This document shows positions 15,384-25,266 of a DNA stretch of 30,742 bases, piece after piece (position 1 is the stretch's first letter; each line of letters begins with the position of its first letter). The translations under genes were made by a program, and so were the position numbers. The notes below the pieces were generated by a model. The model was not told the DNA's origin. It did no database searches and saw nothing but the letters and a program-made list of their open reading frames with translations. The DNA lies in the IMG/VR virus record IMGVR_UViG_3300032231_000015, positions 1 through 30,742 of that record. The stretch is one strand, 5' to 3'. The DNA comes from a virus (lineage: Duplodnaviria; Caudoviricetes).

Positions 15384-15784
15384 CGCATCCCCCTTCGGAG
15401 TGACGCGGTGAACCGCTTGAGCATCCGCTTCCTAGTCGATGGGGAGAGAACCATGAACGGGCGGGCTGGCATCTTGCTCGTTCCGAAGTGCTGCGGCTCG
15501 GCGTATCCAACATTCGTACCAACCACACGCTTCAACTTCCCAGCACGCTGCGAAGAAACAGAGCTCTTCAATCTGGAAGTCCGAACACCGGGAGGCGACC
15601 CCGGCGTTGACGGGGTGTACCTTGCGGTCTTCCCGATCCCCGCCTTGCTCGCGCCGGCACCGGGCATCGAGTCTTGTATCTCTTGAACCAAAGTCTCAGC
15701 GGCCACACCGACCGCCTTGTCGGTTTCCTTCTCCAGCTTCTTGAGCCAGTCTTTGGTTGTGCCTTCCCAGACTACGCCCATCAC
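15380..15784 (-). CDS. HK97 gp10-like neck / virion morphogenesis protein
   Basis: PGVRTSRLKSS, VGTNVGYA, FGTSKMPARPF motifs. Confidence 0.85.
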   Translation of the reverse strand: MMGVVWEGTTKDWLKKLEKETDKAVGVAAETLVQEIQDSMPGAGASKAGIGKTARYTPSTPGSPPGVRTSRLKSSVSSQRAGKLKRVVGTNVGYAEPQHFGTSKMPARPFMVLSPSTRKRMLKRFTASLRRGMR

Positions 15785-16161
15785 GCACCAATCCGCCTTA
15801 CGGCTATCTTCTGCATCCCGTCCAGTTCACGCACGCCGCCGCTGATCGCCTCGTAACGAGTCGAATCAATCTCAAACTGCCACGCCATGTTCCCGCCCTT
15901 GATCTCGATATCCGTCCCGTTCACCCGCATACGCGGCATATGCAGATCGAACAGCCCAACCTCGGACGAAAGACCCAACGCCAACGCACGCGACGAACTC
16001 ATCTCTTGCAGCGAGCAGATCACGCCCTGATGCGTCAAGTTCGGCCAAGTAGTAACACCGACACCGCCGTCACCAACGCCGTCAACATTCGCGTAAATGT
16101 CACACACCGCGTTCGATAGTTCACCCATCCGGGGCGGCATTGGAGGGTTCGCAAAGCTCAT
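15781..16161 (-). CDS. head closure (stopper) protein
   Basis: synteny between the adaptor and the gp10-like gene; beta-rich 126 aa. Confidence 0.6.
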   Translation of the reverse strand: MSFANPPMPPRMGELSNAVCDIYANVDGVGDGGVGVTTWPNLTHQGVICSLQEMSSSRALALGLSSEVGLFDLHMPRMRVNGTDIEIKGGNMAWQFEIDSTRYEAISGGVRELDGMQKIAVRRIGA

Positions 16162-16772
16162 AGGATCGGCCTCCACGAACTCAGCACATCCATCTTCTTC
16201 GCCACAAACTCAGCGGTCGCCTTCACGGTCATATTCGAGTTCCCAATCGCCTGAGCTGCCTTCTCAAAGTCCCGGCCCCTCGAATCAAAGTAGTGGCTTA
16301 TGAACTGGTAGCACACCCTCTTCAAATCGTCGGGGATCGTCGCATACCCAGCCACATAGACCACCGTGATATTCTGGAACCCCTCAGTGAACACCGCACG
16401 ATCAGACGACCCGTACACCGGCTCGCCCCAAACATCCCGAGCAACAAGCCCGCCAGTCTCAAACGGCAACCGCATAATCCCGAATCTGGAGTCGTGTGTG
16501 TACCCGGTAGACGCGAGCGTCGAAGGGTCAGAGTTTCCAATCGTGATTGATGTAATCGAAGATATCGGCCCGTTTGAGACCTGCAAGACCTGTGATCCGT
16601 CGCCGTCGAAAACCTCCGTGAAGGTAGCCGACTCGAACCCGCCTGCGGTGCGACCGCACAACCGTTCGATTTCGGCGGTCGCTGTAGTAATCATAACGCC
16701 GAGAACCGTGTCCCAGTCGGTCTTCGTGATCCCGCGCCACGCCTTGTATTCTGCCGCTGTGCAAAGTGCCAT
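16158..16772 (-). CDS. head-tail connector/adaptor (HK97 gp6-like with beta insertion)
   Basis: LCTAAEYKAW, IERLCGR, TEVFDG, VVYVAGY..IPDDLK motifs. Confidence 0.85.
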   Translation of the reverse strand: MALCTAAEYKAWRGITKTDWDTVLGVMITTATAEIERLCGRTAGGFESATFTEVFDGDGSQVLQVSNGPISSITSITIGNSDPSTLASTGYTHDSRFGIMRLPFETGGLVARDVWGEPVYGSSDRAVFTEGFQNITVVYVAGYATIPDDLKRVCYQFISHYFDSRGRDFEKAAQAIGNSNMTVKATAEFVAKKMDVLSSWRPIL

Positions 16773-16775
16773 TCC

Positions 16776-17087
16776 TTATTCCTTTGCGGACATTGCCTTG
16801 TTGTCGGGCTTCTTGCGACCACGCGAACGCTTGGCCTTCTCAGCTTCCTTCTTCTTGGCTTCCTTCTTGGCTTCCTTCTCGGCTTCCTTGTCGCGCTTGC
16901 TGAACGCCTTGTCCCGAATCTTCAATGAGTCAGCGTTGCGGGCCTCGCGTGCTTCACGATCCTCGGCAACCTCAACAGCAAACCGATCATCGATCAACTG
17001 TTTCGCTCGGCTCGCGTGCATCTCTTTGATCGCGCCAGCATCGCCGCACCAGCACTTTTTCAGTATCTTAACTTTGACCATGTTCAT
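16776..17087 (-). CDS. small K/E-rich head-module protein
   Basis: GGAGG RBS; 'G.I.E...RAKQLI...FA' N-terminal domain common downstream of capsid genes. Confidence 0.7.
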   Translation of the reverse strand: MNMVKVKILKKCWCGDAGAIKEMHASRAKQLIDDRFAVEVAEDREAREARNADSLKIRDKAFSKRDKEAEKEAKKEAKKKEAEKAKRSRGRKKPDNKAMSAKE

Positions 17088-17109
17088 CGTGTGAACCTCC
17101 TAAATACCG

Positions 17110-17137
17110 CCCCGCCCGTTTCCGAGCGGGAACGGGG
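17110..17137 (-). terminator. GC-rich hairpin after the capsid/decoration genes
   Basis: CCCCG..CCCG/CGGG..CGGGG stem with a weak U-tail. Confidence 0.5.
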
Positions 17138-17138
17138 A

Positions 17139-17570
17139 TTATACAAAGACTTCGGCAGTGTAACCGCGAGCGGTAGCGGACGCGCCACCCTCGTCAAGAT
17201 TCCAAACCCGACCGGTCACATTGACCAAGCCTGATCCGGTGTTATCCTCGGTCATCACCAACTTGATAAACGGCCCGATGTTTCGGTCACGCATATCAAC
17301 ATGGAACGCCCAAATACCACCGTCATCGGTAGCACCGGGGCCGGTCATCGTTGCGCCGGTGATGTCGGCGTATGTGCCGCCCGATGTCGCAGATGATTGC
17401 AGCTTGAATACCGAGAAGTTCCCGGTAGTCACGCCGACCGTAACCTCGACTGTACACCCATACCCACGCGAGCAATCAAGCGCAGTACAGGTTGCGGTTC
17501 CATTTGCCACCGCGATAGGTGCGACCATTACGGTACTTGCACCAGTGAGTCCTCTAGAAATAGCAGACAT
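17139..17570 (-). CDS. capsid-associated decoration/cement protein
   Basis: AAGGAGG RBS; directly after the capsid gene; LQSSATSGGTYADITGA motif typical of such beta-sandwich proteins. Confidence 0.65.
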   Translation of the reverse strand: MSAISRGLTGASTVMVAPIAVANGTATCTALDCSRGYGCTVEVTVGVTTGNFSVFKLQSSATSGGTYADITGATMTGPGATDDGGIWAFHVDMRDRNIGPFIKLVMTEDNTGSGLVNVTGRVWNLDEGGASATARGYTAEVFV

Positions 17571-17582
17571 AGTGAACCTCCT

Positions 17583-19052
17583 TTATGCCAAGAGTGAAAC
17601 GACGCCGGAACCCGACCCGCCCACATCGTGAAGATTCATGGCCCACCGTTGTTTGTAACGGAACGCGATTGAATCACTTGCAAAACCGACATGCTCGGAC
17701 GACTCGAAAGCCTCCGAACCGTCAACGATACCGAACTTGGATGACGCGCCAAACGCACCAATCAACATGACATTCTGACCGTCAGAATACGAGGACGGCA
17801 TGACTTCGGAGATATGAACCGGGTAGCGTCCCCACATAGTCTGGCCCGGGAAGCCAGATTTGAGGTCAGCACCAGTATTGCCACCCGCCCCCATAGCGAA
17901 TGTATCAAGAACTGTTGAGTAGAACGCAGACGAACACACGATAGAAATGCCTTCAGCCAAAGCCCATCCCGGAAGCAGGCCGATTGCAGACTGAATGTCT
18001 GAGATCGTGATCGCAGACCACGCACCAGAAGCTGAATCAAACTGGTCAGTTCCAATGGTGCCGAGCAGATCGGTCACGCCGGTACGATTGTGCGAACCAA
18101 GGAAGAACGATTCATCCTCCCACTTGCCAATGGCACGCGCCGAAGAACGAGCAACGATGTCAGCGACCGAAATAGCCGCGTCTTCCATAAGCTCGGATGG
18201 TATCGTGCTGTAGGCATATGACTTGGTAGCATTGAGCGTCACAAGATCAGTACCAAAGTCCGAAGCCGTCATGGTGCCCGACTCGCTGCCGTCATAGACA
18301 GTGACATCGGTATGCAGACGCGGCATCTCTTTGGTTCCTTCACGCATCGAAGTGACCCCGACCGCTTGGCGTGCAACGCCGTATTGGTCAAAGAGCTCGA
18401 TGAGTTCCGGGGCATACTCGCCAGCGACCAACGCGCCGCCGGTTCCGGGGTTGAAGGTCGATCCTGATTTCTCAACGATCTCTTCGTCCTGCGAACGCTG
18501 GTTGTAATACTTGCGCCCGTTGATACCAAGCCGCAAAAGCGAACCGGTCAACTCAGCGGTATCCGCGTCTTTGAACACTGGAACCGCGTTCGTGCCTCGA
18601 ATCCGAAGCCCCTTCTTCACGGCGTTGTCGTACGCGAACTTGGCCGCGCTGACCTTATCGCCGATCCGTCCAGACTTGCGGGCACCGGCACGCCTGGCAC
18701 CGGTCACCTTCGCTTGCTCGTCTCGGAATGACTTCTTGCGGGCGCGTTGCTTGGCAGCCTTCTCGGCTGCCTCGTCCTCGTCGTCCTCTTCGGCTTTCGC
18801 CTCGGCATCCTCGTCCTCGTCCATATTGCTGTCGTCCTCGACAATCAAGTCTTCGACTGAGACACCCTCTGGCAACCGGATAGTTACACCCTTGCCCCAG
18901 ACCTTCTCAAAATCCTTTACCTCGACAACAATGTCGTTGCCAAGATCGAAAGCGTCGTATCCGTTCTCAACGGCCCACGCTTTCAGGCTGTCAAGGGTCG
19001 CGCCCTTCCAGCCCATTCGTTTCGCAAATGCGATGAGTTGTTTACGATTCAT
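17583..19052 (-). CDS. major capsid protein (HK97 fold) with N-terminal scaffold-like extension
   Basis: GGALVAGEY, ESGTMTASD..T..VTL.ATK, SELMEDAAI, FFLG, TMWGRYPV motifs; follows the protease gene. Confidence 0.92.
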   Translation of the reverse strand: MNRKQLIAFAKRMGWKGATLDSLKAWAVENGYDAFDLGNDIVVEVKDFEKVWGKGVTIRLPEGVSVEDLIVEDDSNMDEDEDAEAKAEEDDEDEAAEKAAKQRARKKSFRDEQAKVTGARRAGARKSGRIGDKVSAAKFAYDNAVKKGLRIRGTNAVPVFKDADTAELTGSLLRLGINGRKYYNQRSQDEEIVEKSGSTFNPGTGGALVAGEYAPELIELFDQYGVARQAVGVTSMREGTKEMPRLHTDVTVYDGSESGTMTASDFGTDLVTLNATKSYAYSTIPSELMEDAAISVADIVARSSARAIGKWEDESFFLGSHNRTGVTDLLGTIGTDQFDSASGAWSAITISDIQSAIGLLPGWALAEGISIVCSSAFYSTVLDTFAMGAGGNTGADLKSGFPGQTMWGRYPVHISEVMPSSYSDGQNVMLIGAFGASSKFGIVDGSEAFESSEHVGFASDSIAFRYKQRWAMNLHDVGGSGSGVVSLLA

Positions 19053-19221
19053 CGTAGAACTCCCTGTATTTGTGTAAAAAACACGAATCTCAGGGAATCA
19101 ACGATTGACGCTTCGGGGCTTTCGCCGGTCGCGTCTCAGACCGATTCCGATCAAACCAATCGAGTTCGGGGTCTTTCAACCGCTCACCCGGACGACCCAC
19201 CACCACAGAGGCCGTCAAGTA

Positions 19222-19230
19222 ATCATAGCA
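19222..19230 (-). promoter_or_regulatory. extended -10 element TGCTATGAT upstream of the capsid leader
   Basis: TGnTATGAT at the start of the intergenic gap; same motif precedes the late operon. Confidence 0.4.
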
Positions 19231-19236
19231 CAATCA

Positions 19237-19953
19237 TCAGGATAGTGCCGACACCCGCTTCGTCACAGTACCGCCCGCCGTCAATACCCGAATCTTCCGA
19301 TCAGCCAAACCAAGCACGCGGAGCGTCGAATCGTCCACCTTGCCCTGTTCTTTCAACGCCCGCAGGATTCGCAGTTGCTTCCCGTCCCCGCCAATCATCC
19401 GGCCCTGACACGATACATTGCATGGCAACGCCGTAAACGAGAGCTCAAACCAGCGACCCGCCCGCACCACCGAGTTGAGTTCCTTGCCCTCTTGCTCAAA
19501 CTGCAACCGCTCGTCATCGGTCGGTGCGCCAAAGTCCGTAGGGTAGAACCCGATCGAAAGCCCGATCTGGCCGGACGCTTTGACGATCGCCTTGACCGCC
19601 TCGCCAGCCGCGTTGTCGTGCAGGCCGATACGCACCTTCCATGCCTTGTGATCTTTAGGCGATGGGTACTTGCTGATCGACCGCAGGAACCCAGCCGCCT
19701 TGTCAACGCTGTATTCGTGATCGACGAAGATTTGCCGGTTCGCCTCAAAGTATGAAGTGTCAAGCCCCGAAGGGATCACCACCTCATCGTCTAGGTCGAT
19801 GTCCCCGGTGTTGGCAATGGCGATAATGTCGTTCTTGTCGCCCTCATCGTCCACTATGGCACCCTTGCCGTAGGACGCGACGACCCCGATGTAGTCTTGC
19901 CCGATCGCGCCGGGGTGCTTCTTCAGCCGCTCGATGATTGTTTGTGCGTTCAT
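19237..19953 (-). CDS. HK97-type prohead protease
   Basis: DLDDEVV.P.G, FVDH, GLSIGF, WFELSFTALPCN motifs. Confidence 0.9.
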   Translation of the reverse strand: MNAQTIIERLKKHPGAIGQDYIGVVASYGKGAIVDDEGDKNDIIAIANTGDIDLDDEVVIPSGLDTSYFEANRQIFVDHEYSVDKAAGFLRSISKYPSPKDHKAWKVRIGLHDNAAGEAVKAIVKASGQIGLSIGFYPTDFGAPTDDERLQFEQEGKELNSVVRAGRWFELSFTALPCNVSCQGRMIGGDGKQLRILRALKEQGKVDDSTLRVLGLADRKIRVLTAGGTVTKRVSALS

Positions 19954-22187
19954 TATTCGTCCTCGTCTAAATCGTCAAAGTTCCCGCGCAAACTACACCG
20001 GCAGTTCGGCCTCGCAGGTGGGTGGTAGATGTCCCGATCGAACGATTCCTTGCCGATCGTCTCCCCTGCCTTCACAAACGGCTCACCCATCTTCTTCGGT
20101 GACCTTGCCGCGATCTGCTGGTGGGCCGCAGACGCGCCGGGGGCGTTCACCCAATCAACGGTCTCAACCCCGATCTCCCCGAGCGTTTCGTAGCGTGCCC
20201 CCTGCACCGCCGTCTGAACCTCGGTACGGGCGATCCGCTCGGCACGGTACGCCGGGATGTTCTCGGATTCGATCTGGGCAGCGATGTCCCCGATGCTCAA
20301 CCCCTCCTCAAGACCCCGTTCAATCGCGGGCCGGATCATGGTTTCGGTCGTCGCTGCGATATCGTCAGCCACCTGGATCGTGTGCCGTTCAAGGAACGAC
20401 AACGCCGTTTCGTTCACCACATCGAACATCGAATCGACATCCTGATTGGCGGCAGCCAGCGTGGCCCGCACGGAGTCAAGCACCACATCCTCCATCTGAT
20501 CTTGCAGCACTGCAGCGGCCTGCGCCTTCAAGTCCTCCAGATCGGACGCACGCCCCGCCCCTGCTGCTTGCACCACCTCGTCCTGCATCTCGGTCAGTAT
20601 TTCTTCCATCGACTCCTCGACGGGTTCTAGAGCGCCTGAGAACACATCCTCAATGATGGGGTCGTCAGCGATGTCACCCGCTTTGGTACACGCCTCGCAC
20701 TCGCAATCCGTCCAGCGTTGGAGTTCGCCCGCCTTGACGGATTTACGGAGAACCGGCAGCAGATCGAACTTTTCAGGAACGGTTACAGGTTCGGCGGCCT
20801 TTGCCTCCGGTGCCGCGTTGAGCGTAAACCCGCCGAGCGTCGGGGCTTGTGCCTCCGCGTCCAGTTTCTCGAATGTCTGCCCATTAACCCGCAACATGTC
20901 CGCACCCTCATCATCCGACGGATCAAGCCCCTGCTCAGACCGGGCCTCGTTGATCGTCCGCACGCCCGATGCCACATCCAACCGCATCCGGTCGCTCAAC
21001 GCCGCCTCGTCCTTCTTGACGGGGTTGTCGTAGACCAAGCAATACACGCTCGGATCAAGCCCGAACATCGGCAGCAGCGATGTGTTCTTCTGGGCAGCGT
21101 CCGCGTTCAATCGGGGAAGAAGCGTGTTCTTTGCATATTCATTCTCGGCAATCAGCGCGGCCGCGTAGGTCGATGCGTTGGAGTCTCCCATGCTCTCAGG
21201 GTGCCCGAACGCACTGCGAATCCGCTTCTCCATCGCCTCGATCTTCTGGAATGATTGAAGTTCTTTCTCAGGCCACGCGAGCGGTTGGACAGTCACATCC
21301 CCCCGCGTCACCAGCGGCTTGCTCATGCCGCGTAGGCCCCGAAACTTCGACCTCATCTTCTTCTCAAAGTCCTTGACCTGATCCGGCGTAGCCATCCCAT
21401 CCTTGATCGTCCACAACGAGTCGGGGCGGTTGCCCCCGTCCGCCATAGCAATATCCAGAATCAGACTCTTCATCAGCAAATCGGCCTCGGCAAGCACGCC
21501 CACCAATGGCCCCTCGCCTCCGTTTGGATCGAACCGAGACACGCGATGCCGGTAGTAAATAACATCCTCGGCCTCAAACTCCGCAACGCTGGTCTCAGAC
21601 CGCGAGTACCGGAACCCCTCGATAGCACCAGATTCCTCGCCGATCACCGGCATGGTGTACTGCGACAGCAGGGGGTACAACACGACCGGCATGTCGTTCT
21701 CGCCGAACGCGACCAACTCATACGACTTGCCCGTGATCTCTTTGAAGTAGAACGAAAGCCAAGCGATCTGTGAACCGGGGTAGTCCGGGTTCGGGTTCTC
21801 GAGCAGATCAAGGATCGGGTGGTCTGTGACTTCCTCAACCTCGCCGCCTGAGTCCGCGAACGCCGCGACCTTCACGCCCGCCTGACCCGAGGCCATGTAC
21901 TTGTGCTGAATCTTGGCAATCTTTCGGCCCGAGTACGCACGCCGATCAACCGAATCCGCAGCGTCTACCCGCCGCATAAGCCGCAGGGGGATCGAAGAAC
22001 ACACATCGGCGTTGGTCGAAGCACACTGGTGAGTCACCCCGATCGCCCGGTCAAGCCCCGCAATGGCTGCAATGTCCCTCGGGCGGAATTGCCGCATGAG
22101 TTCAGCACGCCGCACCGTTGAATCGTTGAATACGGATTCGGCCAAGCCCGCGCTGATCTTCTTCCAGAATGGTATTCTCATTGCCAC
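19953..22187 (-). CDS. portal protein fused to a C-terminal MuF (SPP1 gp7-like) minor head domain
   Basis: portal motifs HPILDLLENPNP, IRSAFGHP, GVRTINEAR...GLDP; MuF motifs RAERIARTE and PPARPNCRC in one frame. Confidence 0.9.
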   Translation of the reverse strand: MAMRIPFWKKISAGLAESVFNDSTVRRAELMRQFRPRDIAAIAGLDRAIGVTHQCASTNADVCSSIPLRLMRRVDAADSVDRRAYSGRKIAKIQHKYMASGQAGVKVAAFADSGGEVEEVTDHPILDLLENPNPDYPGSQIAWLSFYFKEITGKSYELVAFGENDMPVVLYPLLSQYTMPVIGEESGAIEGFRYSRSETSVAEFEAEDVIYYRHRVSRFDPNGGEGPLVGVLAEADLLMKSLILDIAMADGGNRPDSLWTIKDGMATPDQVKDFEKKMRSKFRGLRGMSKPLVTRGDVTVQPLAWPEKELQSFQKIEAMEKRIRSAFGHPESMGDSNASTYAAALIAENEYAKNTLLPRLNADAAQKNTSLLPMFGLDPSVYCLVYDNPVKKDEAALSDRMRLDVASGVRTINEARSEQGLDPSDDEGADMLRVNGQTFEKLDAEAQAPTLGGFTLNAAPEAKAAEPVTVPEKFDLLPVLRKSVKAGELQRWTDCECEACTKAGDIADDPIIEDVFSGALEPVEESMEEILTEMQDEVVQAAGAGRASDLEDLKAQAAAVLQDQMEDVVLDSVRATLAAANQDVDSMFDVVNETALSFLERHTIQVADDIAATTETMIRPAIERGLEEGLSIGDIAAQIESENIPAYRAERIARTEVQTAVQGARYETLGEIGVETVDWVNAPGASAAHQQIAARSPKKMGEPFVKAGETIGKESFDRDIYHPPARPNCRCSLRGNFDDLDEDE

Positions 22188-23518
22188 ATCCCATCGTCAG
22201 AGTCGTCATCGCTCAACGGGGCGGCCTCATCGCCACCCTCCCAGTCGATCACGCCGAACCCGCCACGCTCCTCAGCATTATACCGCAGGCAGTAGCGTTC
22301 TGCATCCGCCGTATGGTTGTCCCTATCCCTCGGCTGATCCTTGACCCCCGAAAGCCCCGGCTTCCATTCGTACGATTCCTTCTCCCGGATCGTGTTCACA
22401 CAGTTCGGGGAGTACGAAAGCCACGGCTCACCGTTCTCCCCCTCTTTGGCGAGCAGCGACTGGACAATGCCGATCCCGTAGTTGATCGACCCCTGCCCCT
22501 TATCGCATGGGATCGCGTTGATCCCCGCCCGCCGCATGGATTCGATCAGATCGGGGGCAGCCGAATCCACAACGACCGGACAATCGCCACGCCATAGCCG
22601 CTTCACCGCGTCGATCTTCTCGGGTTGGGTCAACTTAGATTCATAGATTTCGTTCCGGCACCAGTATTGCCCATCCGGGTCAATGCCGTAGTCCAACACC
22701 ACGAACGGGTCTGTGTACCCATCGTCCACCCCAATGATCTGCCCCTTCTCAAACCGCTCTGGCCGCTCCCAATCACGGACATGGTGCGAGCGTAGGAACT
22801 TGTCATAGACCAGACCATCGGCACCCACCCAAAGCCCGTCATAGTACCGGAGCCGGGCAACGCCGGTCAACGATTCCAGTTCCTCCAAGAACTCGGGCGG
22901 GTTGAAGTGGTTGTCTTTGGCAGGCATCACGATCCGTCTGGATCGCTTGTGAGCCGTCGCTGGATCGGTGATCCCGAACCGCACGGCGAGTGGGTGCATT
23001 GGCACAGACGGGTTGCATACCCCGTAGCGTTGAAGGGGGAGGCCCGGCACCTTGACGCGCACGCCCATTGTGACCTGGAGCATCGCGTTCTCTTCGATTT
23101 CGACCCATTCATCGAACGCGGCCCCGGTCAGGTTGAGCGACGACCCCCGGCCTGTTGACCCTGCCTCGCGTCCCGTGTCACCTTGATCCATGCCGTTGTA
23201 GACGATCATCCCGCCCGTTCGCAGTTGGATGAACTTCTCGGCTTGGTTGTGGTGGTATGTGCCGGGGAGGAGGAGCGGGGCATTGTTGCCGTCCCCCTTG
23301 AGGATCGTTTTGAGTGTGGTTCGCTTGAGGTCGATGAGCCGTTGCCTGAATAATCCCTCAACAGCCCCGGCGTGTCCCGCGCGGGTGACGAGCTTTGCAC
23401 CAAGCCCGAATGTCTTACCTGACCCGCGCCCGCCGTCCCCGAGTAGCCAAGGGGAATCGTCCACCACATAGTCGTGCTGATACTCGATCAACGGGGTTGT
23501 GCGTACTTCAACTTCCAT
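22178..23518 (-). CDS. terL: terminase large subunit
   Basis: Walker A GGRGSGKT, Walker B AAFDE, CNP coupling motif, nuclease IGVDDG, DSAAPD, NHTADAERY. Confidence 0.95.
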   Translation of the reverse strand: MEVEVRTTPLIEYQHDYVVDDSPWLLGDGGRGSGKTFGLGAKLVTRAGHAGAVEGLFRQRLIDLKRTTLKTILKGDGNNAPLLLPGTYHHNQAEKFIQLRTGGMIVYNGMDQGDTGREAGSTGRGSSLNLTGAAFDEWVEIEENAMLQVTMGVRVKVPGLPLQRYGVCNPSVPMHPLAVRFGITDPATAHKRSRRIVMPAKDNHFNPPEFLEELESLTGVARLRYYDGLWVGADGLVYDKFLRSHHVRDWERPERFEKGQIIGVDDGYTDPFVVLDYGIDPDGQYWCRNEIYESKLTQPEKIDAVKRLWRGDCPVVVDSAAPDLIESMRRAGINAIPCDKGQGSINYGIGIVQSLLAKEGENGEPWLSYSPNCVNTIREKESYEWKPGLSGVKDQPRDRDNHTADAERYCLRYNAEERGGFGVIDWEGGDEAAPLSDDDSDDGMWQ

Positions 23519-23825
23519 CGCTCGGCTTCGGTTTCTCGGCCACTACGAACCGCTGTTCGATCACCTTGATTTCTCCGTTGAGGTCAAGCTTGTCGGTGAC
23601 CTTGCCCTCCAAACGGTCAAGCACGATATTGATGATGCGGGGATCGCCGGTCAGTGCGGCTGCGTAGATCGCGTCTGCAATCGCCTTTGCCCCTTTGCCC
23701 TCATTGTCCTCGATGATCTTGCGGAGCTTGTCGGTGATCCCCGACCCTTTTGGCCTGCCTGTTGGGTTTGGGGAGGGGTCGCCTTTTTTCCAAGGTGGAT
23801 TCAGGTTTGGGTGTTTCTCAGTCAT
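23508..23825 (-). CDS. terS: terminase small subunit (DUF5681-like N-terminus)
   Basis: PWKKG..PNPTGRPKG and LDRLEGK motifs; directly upstream of terL. Confidence 0.8.
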   Translation of the reverse strand: MTEKHPNLNPPWKKGDPSPNPTGRPKGSGITDKLRKIIEDNEGKGAKAIADAIYAAALTGDPRIINIVLDRLEGKVTDKLDLNGEIKVIEQRFVVAEKPKPSDGS

Positions 23826-23862
23826 GGTTGTTTCCGGTGTTCTGCCGGTGTTCTGTATCTGT

Positions 23863-25266
23863 TTACCTCTGCCGATCGCGGGATCGGGATCGGTTCGTCG
23901 TCTCCAACACCGTCACGATATTGGCGGGAACGAAGTGCTCAAATAGATCGCGGGCTATATTCTGTGCCGTCAACTCGTTGGCTGGGTGCAGATTCAACGC
24001 ATCCATTGTGTATGTTGCGGGTGTGCCGTCAAACCTTGCCCCGTTGGTTGCTGGGTCAAGTCCGTTATATGTCTTGTGGAGATTCACAAATCCCCAACTA
24101 TTAACGCGAGTGAGTTCAAACACAGCATCAGCCTGCGAACTCATCCGGGCGTGATTGGAATCATAAGCCCACATAGCAACCATGATAATCTTCGGAGCGG
24201 AATATCCGAGCGTTGAGTGACGGGTGAGAATACGGTTGGCAAGTGTTTCCATGTTGTCTGCATGGTCTGTACCCAAGTCCTCGGTGTTCTGGCCTAGAGG
24301 AATGGTCACTGTGTCAAAGCCCTCAACTGCATTGATTAGACCATCGAGAGCGATGTCGTCGATGCGATTGATATGGTCGTATGCTGACCAGCCCGACGCC
24401 GCAATCGTGGCAAACATGGTTCCCGAAGCCGGGAGCGTAAGGTCAGGTACTGCACTTGTACCGCCGGTTTGATGGATGATCGCACCGAGGAATCTAAACT
24501 GCTTTGTGTCTTCGGTTGAGCCGGATGTCTGAACAAGAACGCCCACCAACTCAGACCCGCCGCCGAAACTTGCTGCCCCACGAACCCCCTTGTGGATCAC
24601 CCGTATGTCGCCGGTTTCGTCCCAATCTAGATCGCCGCCGATTGTAGTGCCGCTTCCGCCGTTGCCGTAGTTACCACTGTTCGGTGTATTCGCCCCCGGC
24701 GTGGCACCCCGCATCTCTTCAAGGTTGATCCTGTTTACGCTTCCGGAATGGTTGTGGAGGATCACGCGAACCGCCATTGGGCCAGACAGATCAAAGTCTC
24801 CGAACGACGATTCCCTCGCCTGCACGCTGAACAAATCTACAAAGTTTCCCGGCTCGGATATAAAGTCAATCTCTCGCGATTGATTGTGATGCACGCCTGC
24901 ATCGTCGCCTGTGGCGGGCCAGACTGTATCTGGCGTAAGTTCTGTGGATGTGTAACTCGCGTCAGCATATTCAACGATCTCGTTTCCCACCGACGACATC
25001 ACTTTGCCGGGCAGGTGGTGACCAACAATCGTGTACCCAAACTCATCGGCGATCAATGGAAGTTGTGAGGTAAACCGGATGAACGATGTGACTGATTGAG
25101 AGTCACCAAGAATCACATTCTTTCCGCTCAGATCGGTACTTTCGATTCCCCAGTTGAGTGGTGTCACATAAGTTGGCATCGGTATCTCCAAGTATTCGAT
25201 CATGTCGCGCCAATGCATAGGCCCAACGGCAAGGGCAAGCAATGCCCCAAGTGTTTGTAAAATCAT
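23863..25266 (-). CDS. SGNH/GDSL hydrolase with a large inserted beta domain
   Basis: block I ILGDSQS, block II AASGW, block III LGQN, block V D..LHP; hydrophobic N-terminus. Confidence 0.75.
   Translation of the reverse strand: MILQTLGALLALAVGPMHWRDMIEYLEIPMPTYVTPLNWGIESTDLSGKNVILGDSQSVTSFIRFTSQLPLIADEFGYTIVGHHLPGKVMSSVGNEIVEYADASYTSTELTPDTVWPATGDDAGVHHNQSREIDFISEPGNFVDLFSVQARESSFGDFDLSGPMAVRVILHNHSGSVNRINLEEMRGATPGANTPNSGNYGNGGSGTTIGGDLDWDETGDIRVIHKGVRGAASFGGGSELVGVLVQTSGSTEDTKQFRFLGAIIHQTGGTSAVPDLTLPASGTMFATIAASGWSAYDHINRIDDIALDGLINAVEGFDTVTIPLGQNTEDLGTDHADNMETLANRILTRHSTLGYSAPKIIMVAMWAYDSNHARMSSQADAVFELTRVNSWGFVNLHKTYNGLDPATNGARFDGTPATYTMDALNLHPANELTAQNIARDLFEHFVPANIVTVLETTNRSRSRDRQR

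Noticed and set aside
16830-16900. Short tandem repeats here and at ~18770-18840
   Set aside because: They are explained by low-complexity K/E/A and D/E protein linkers.
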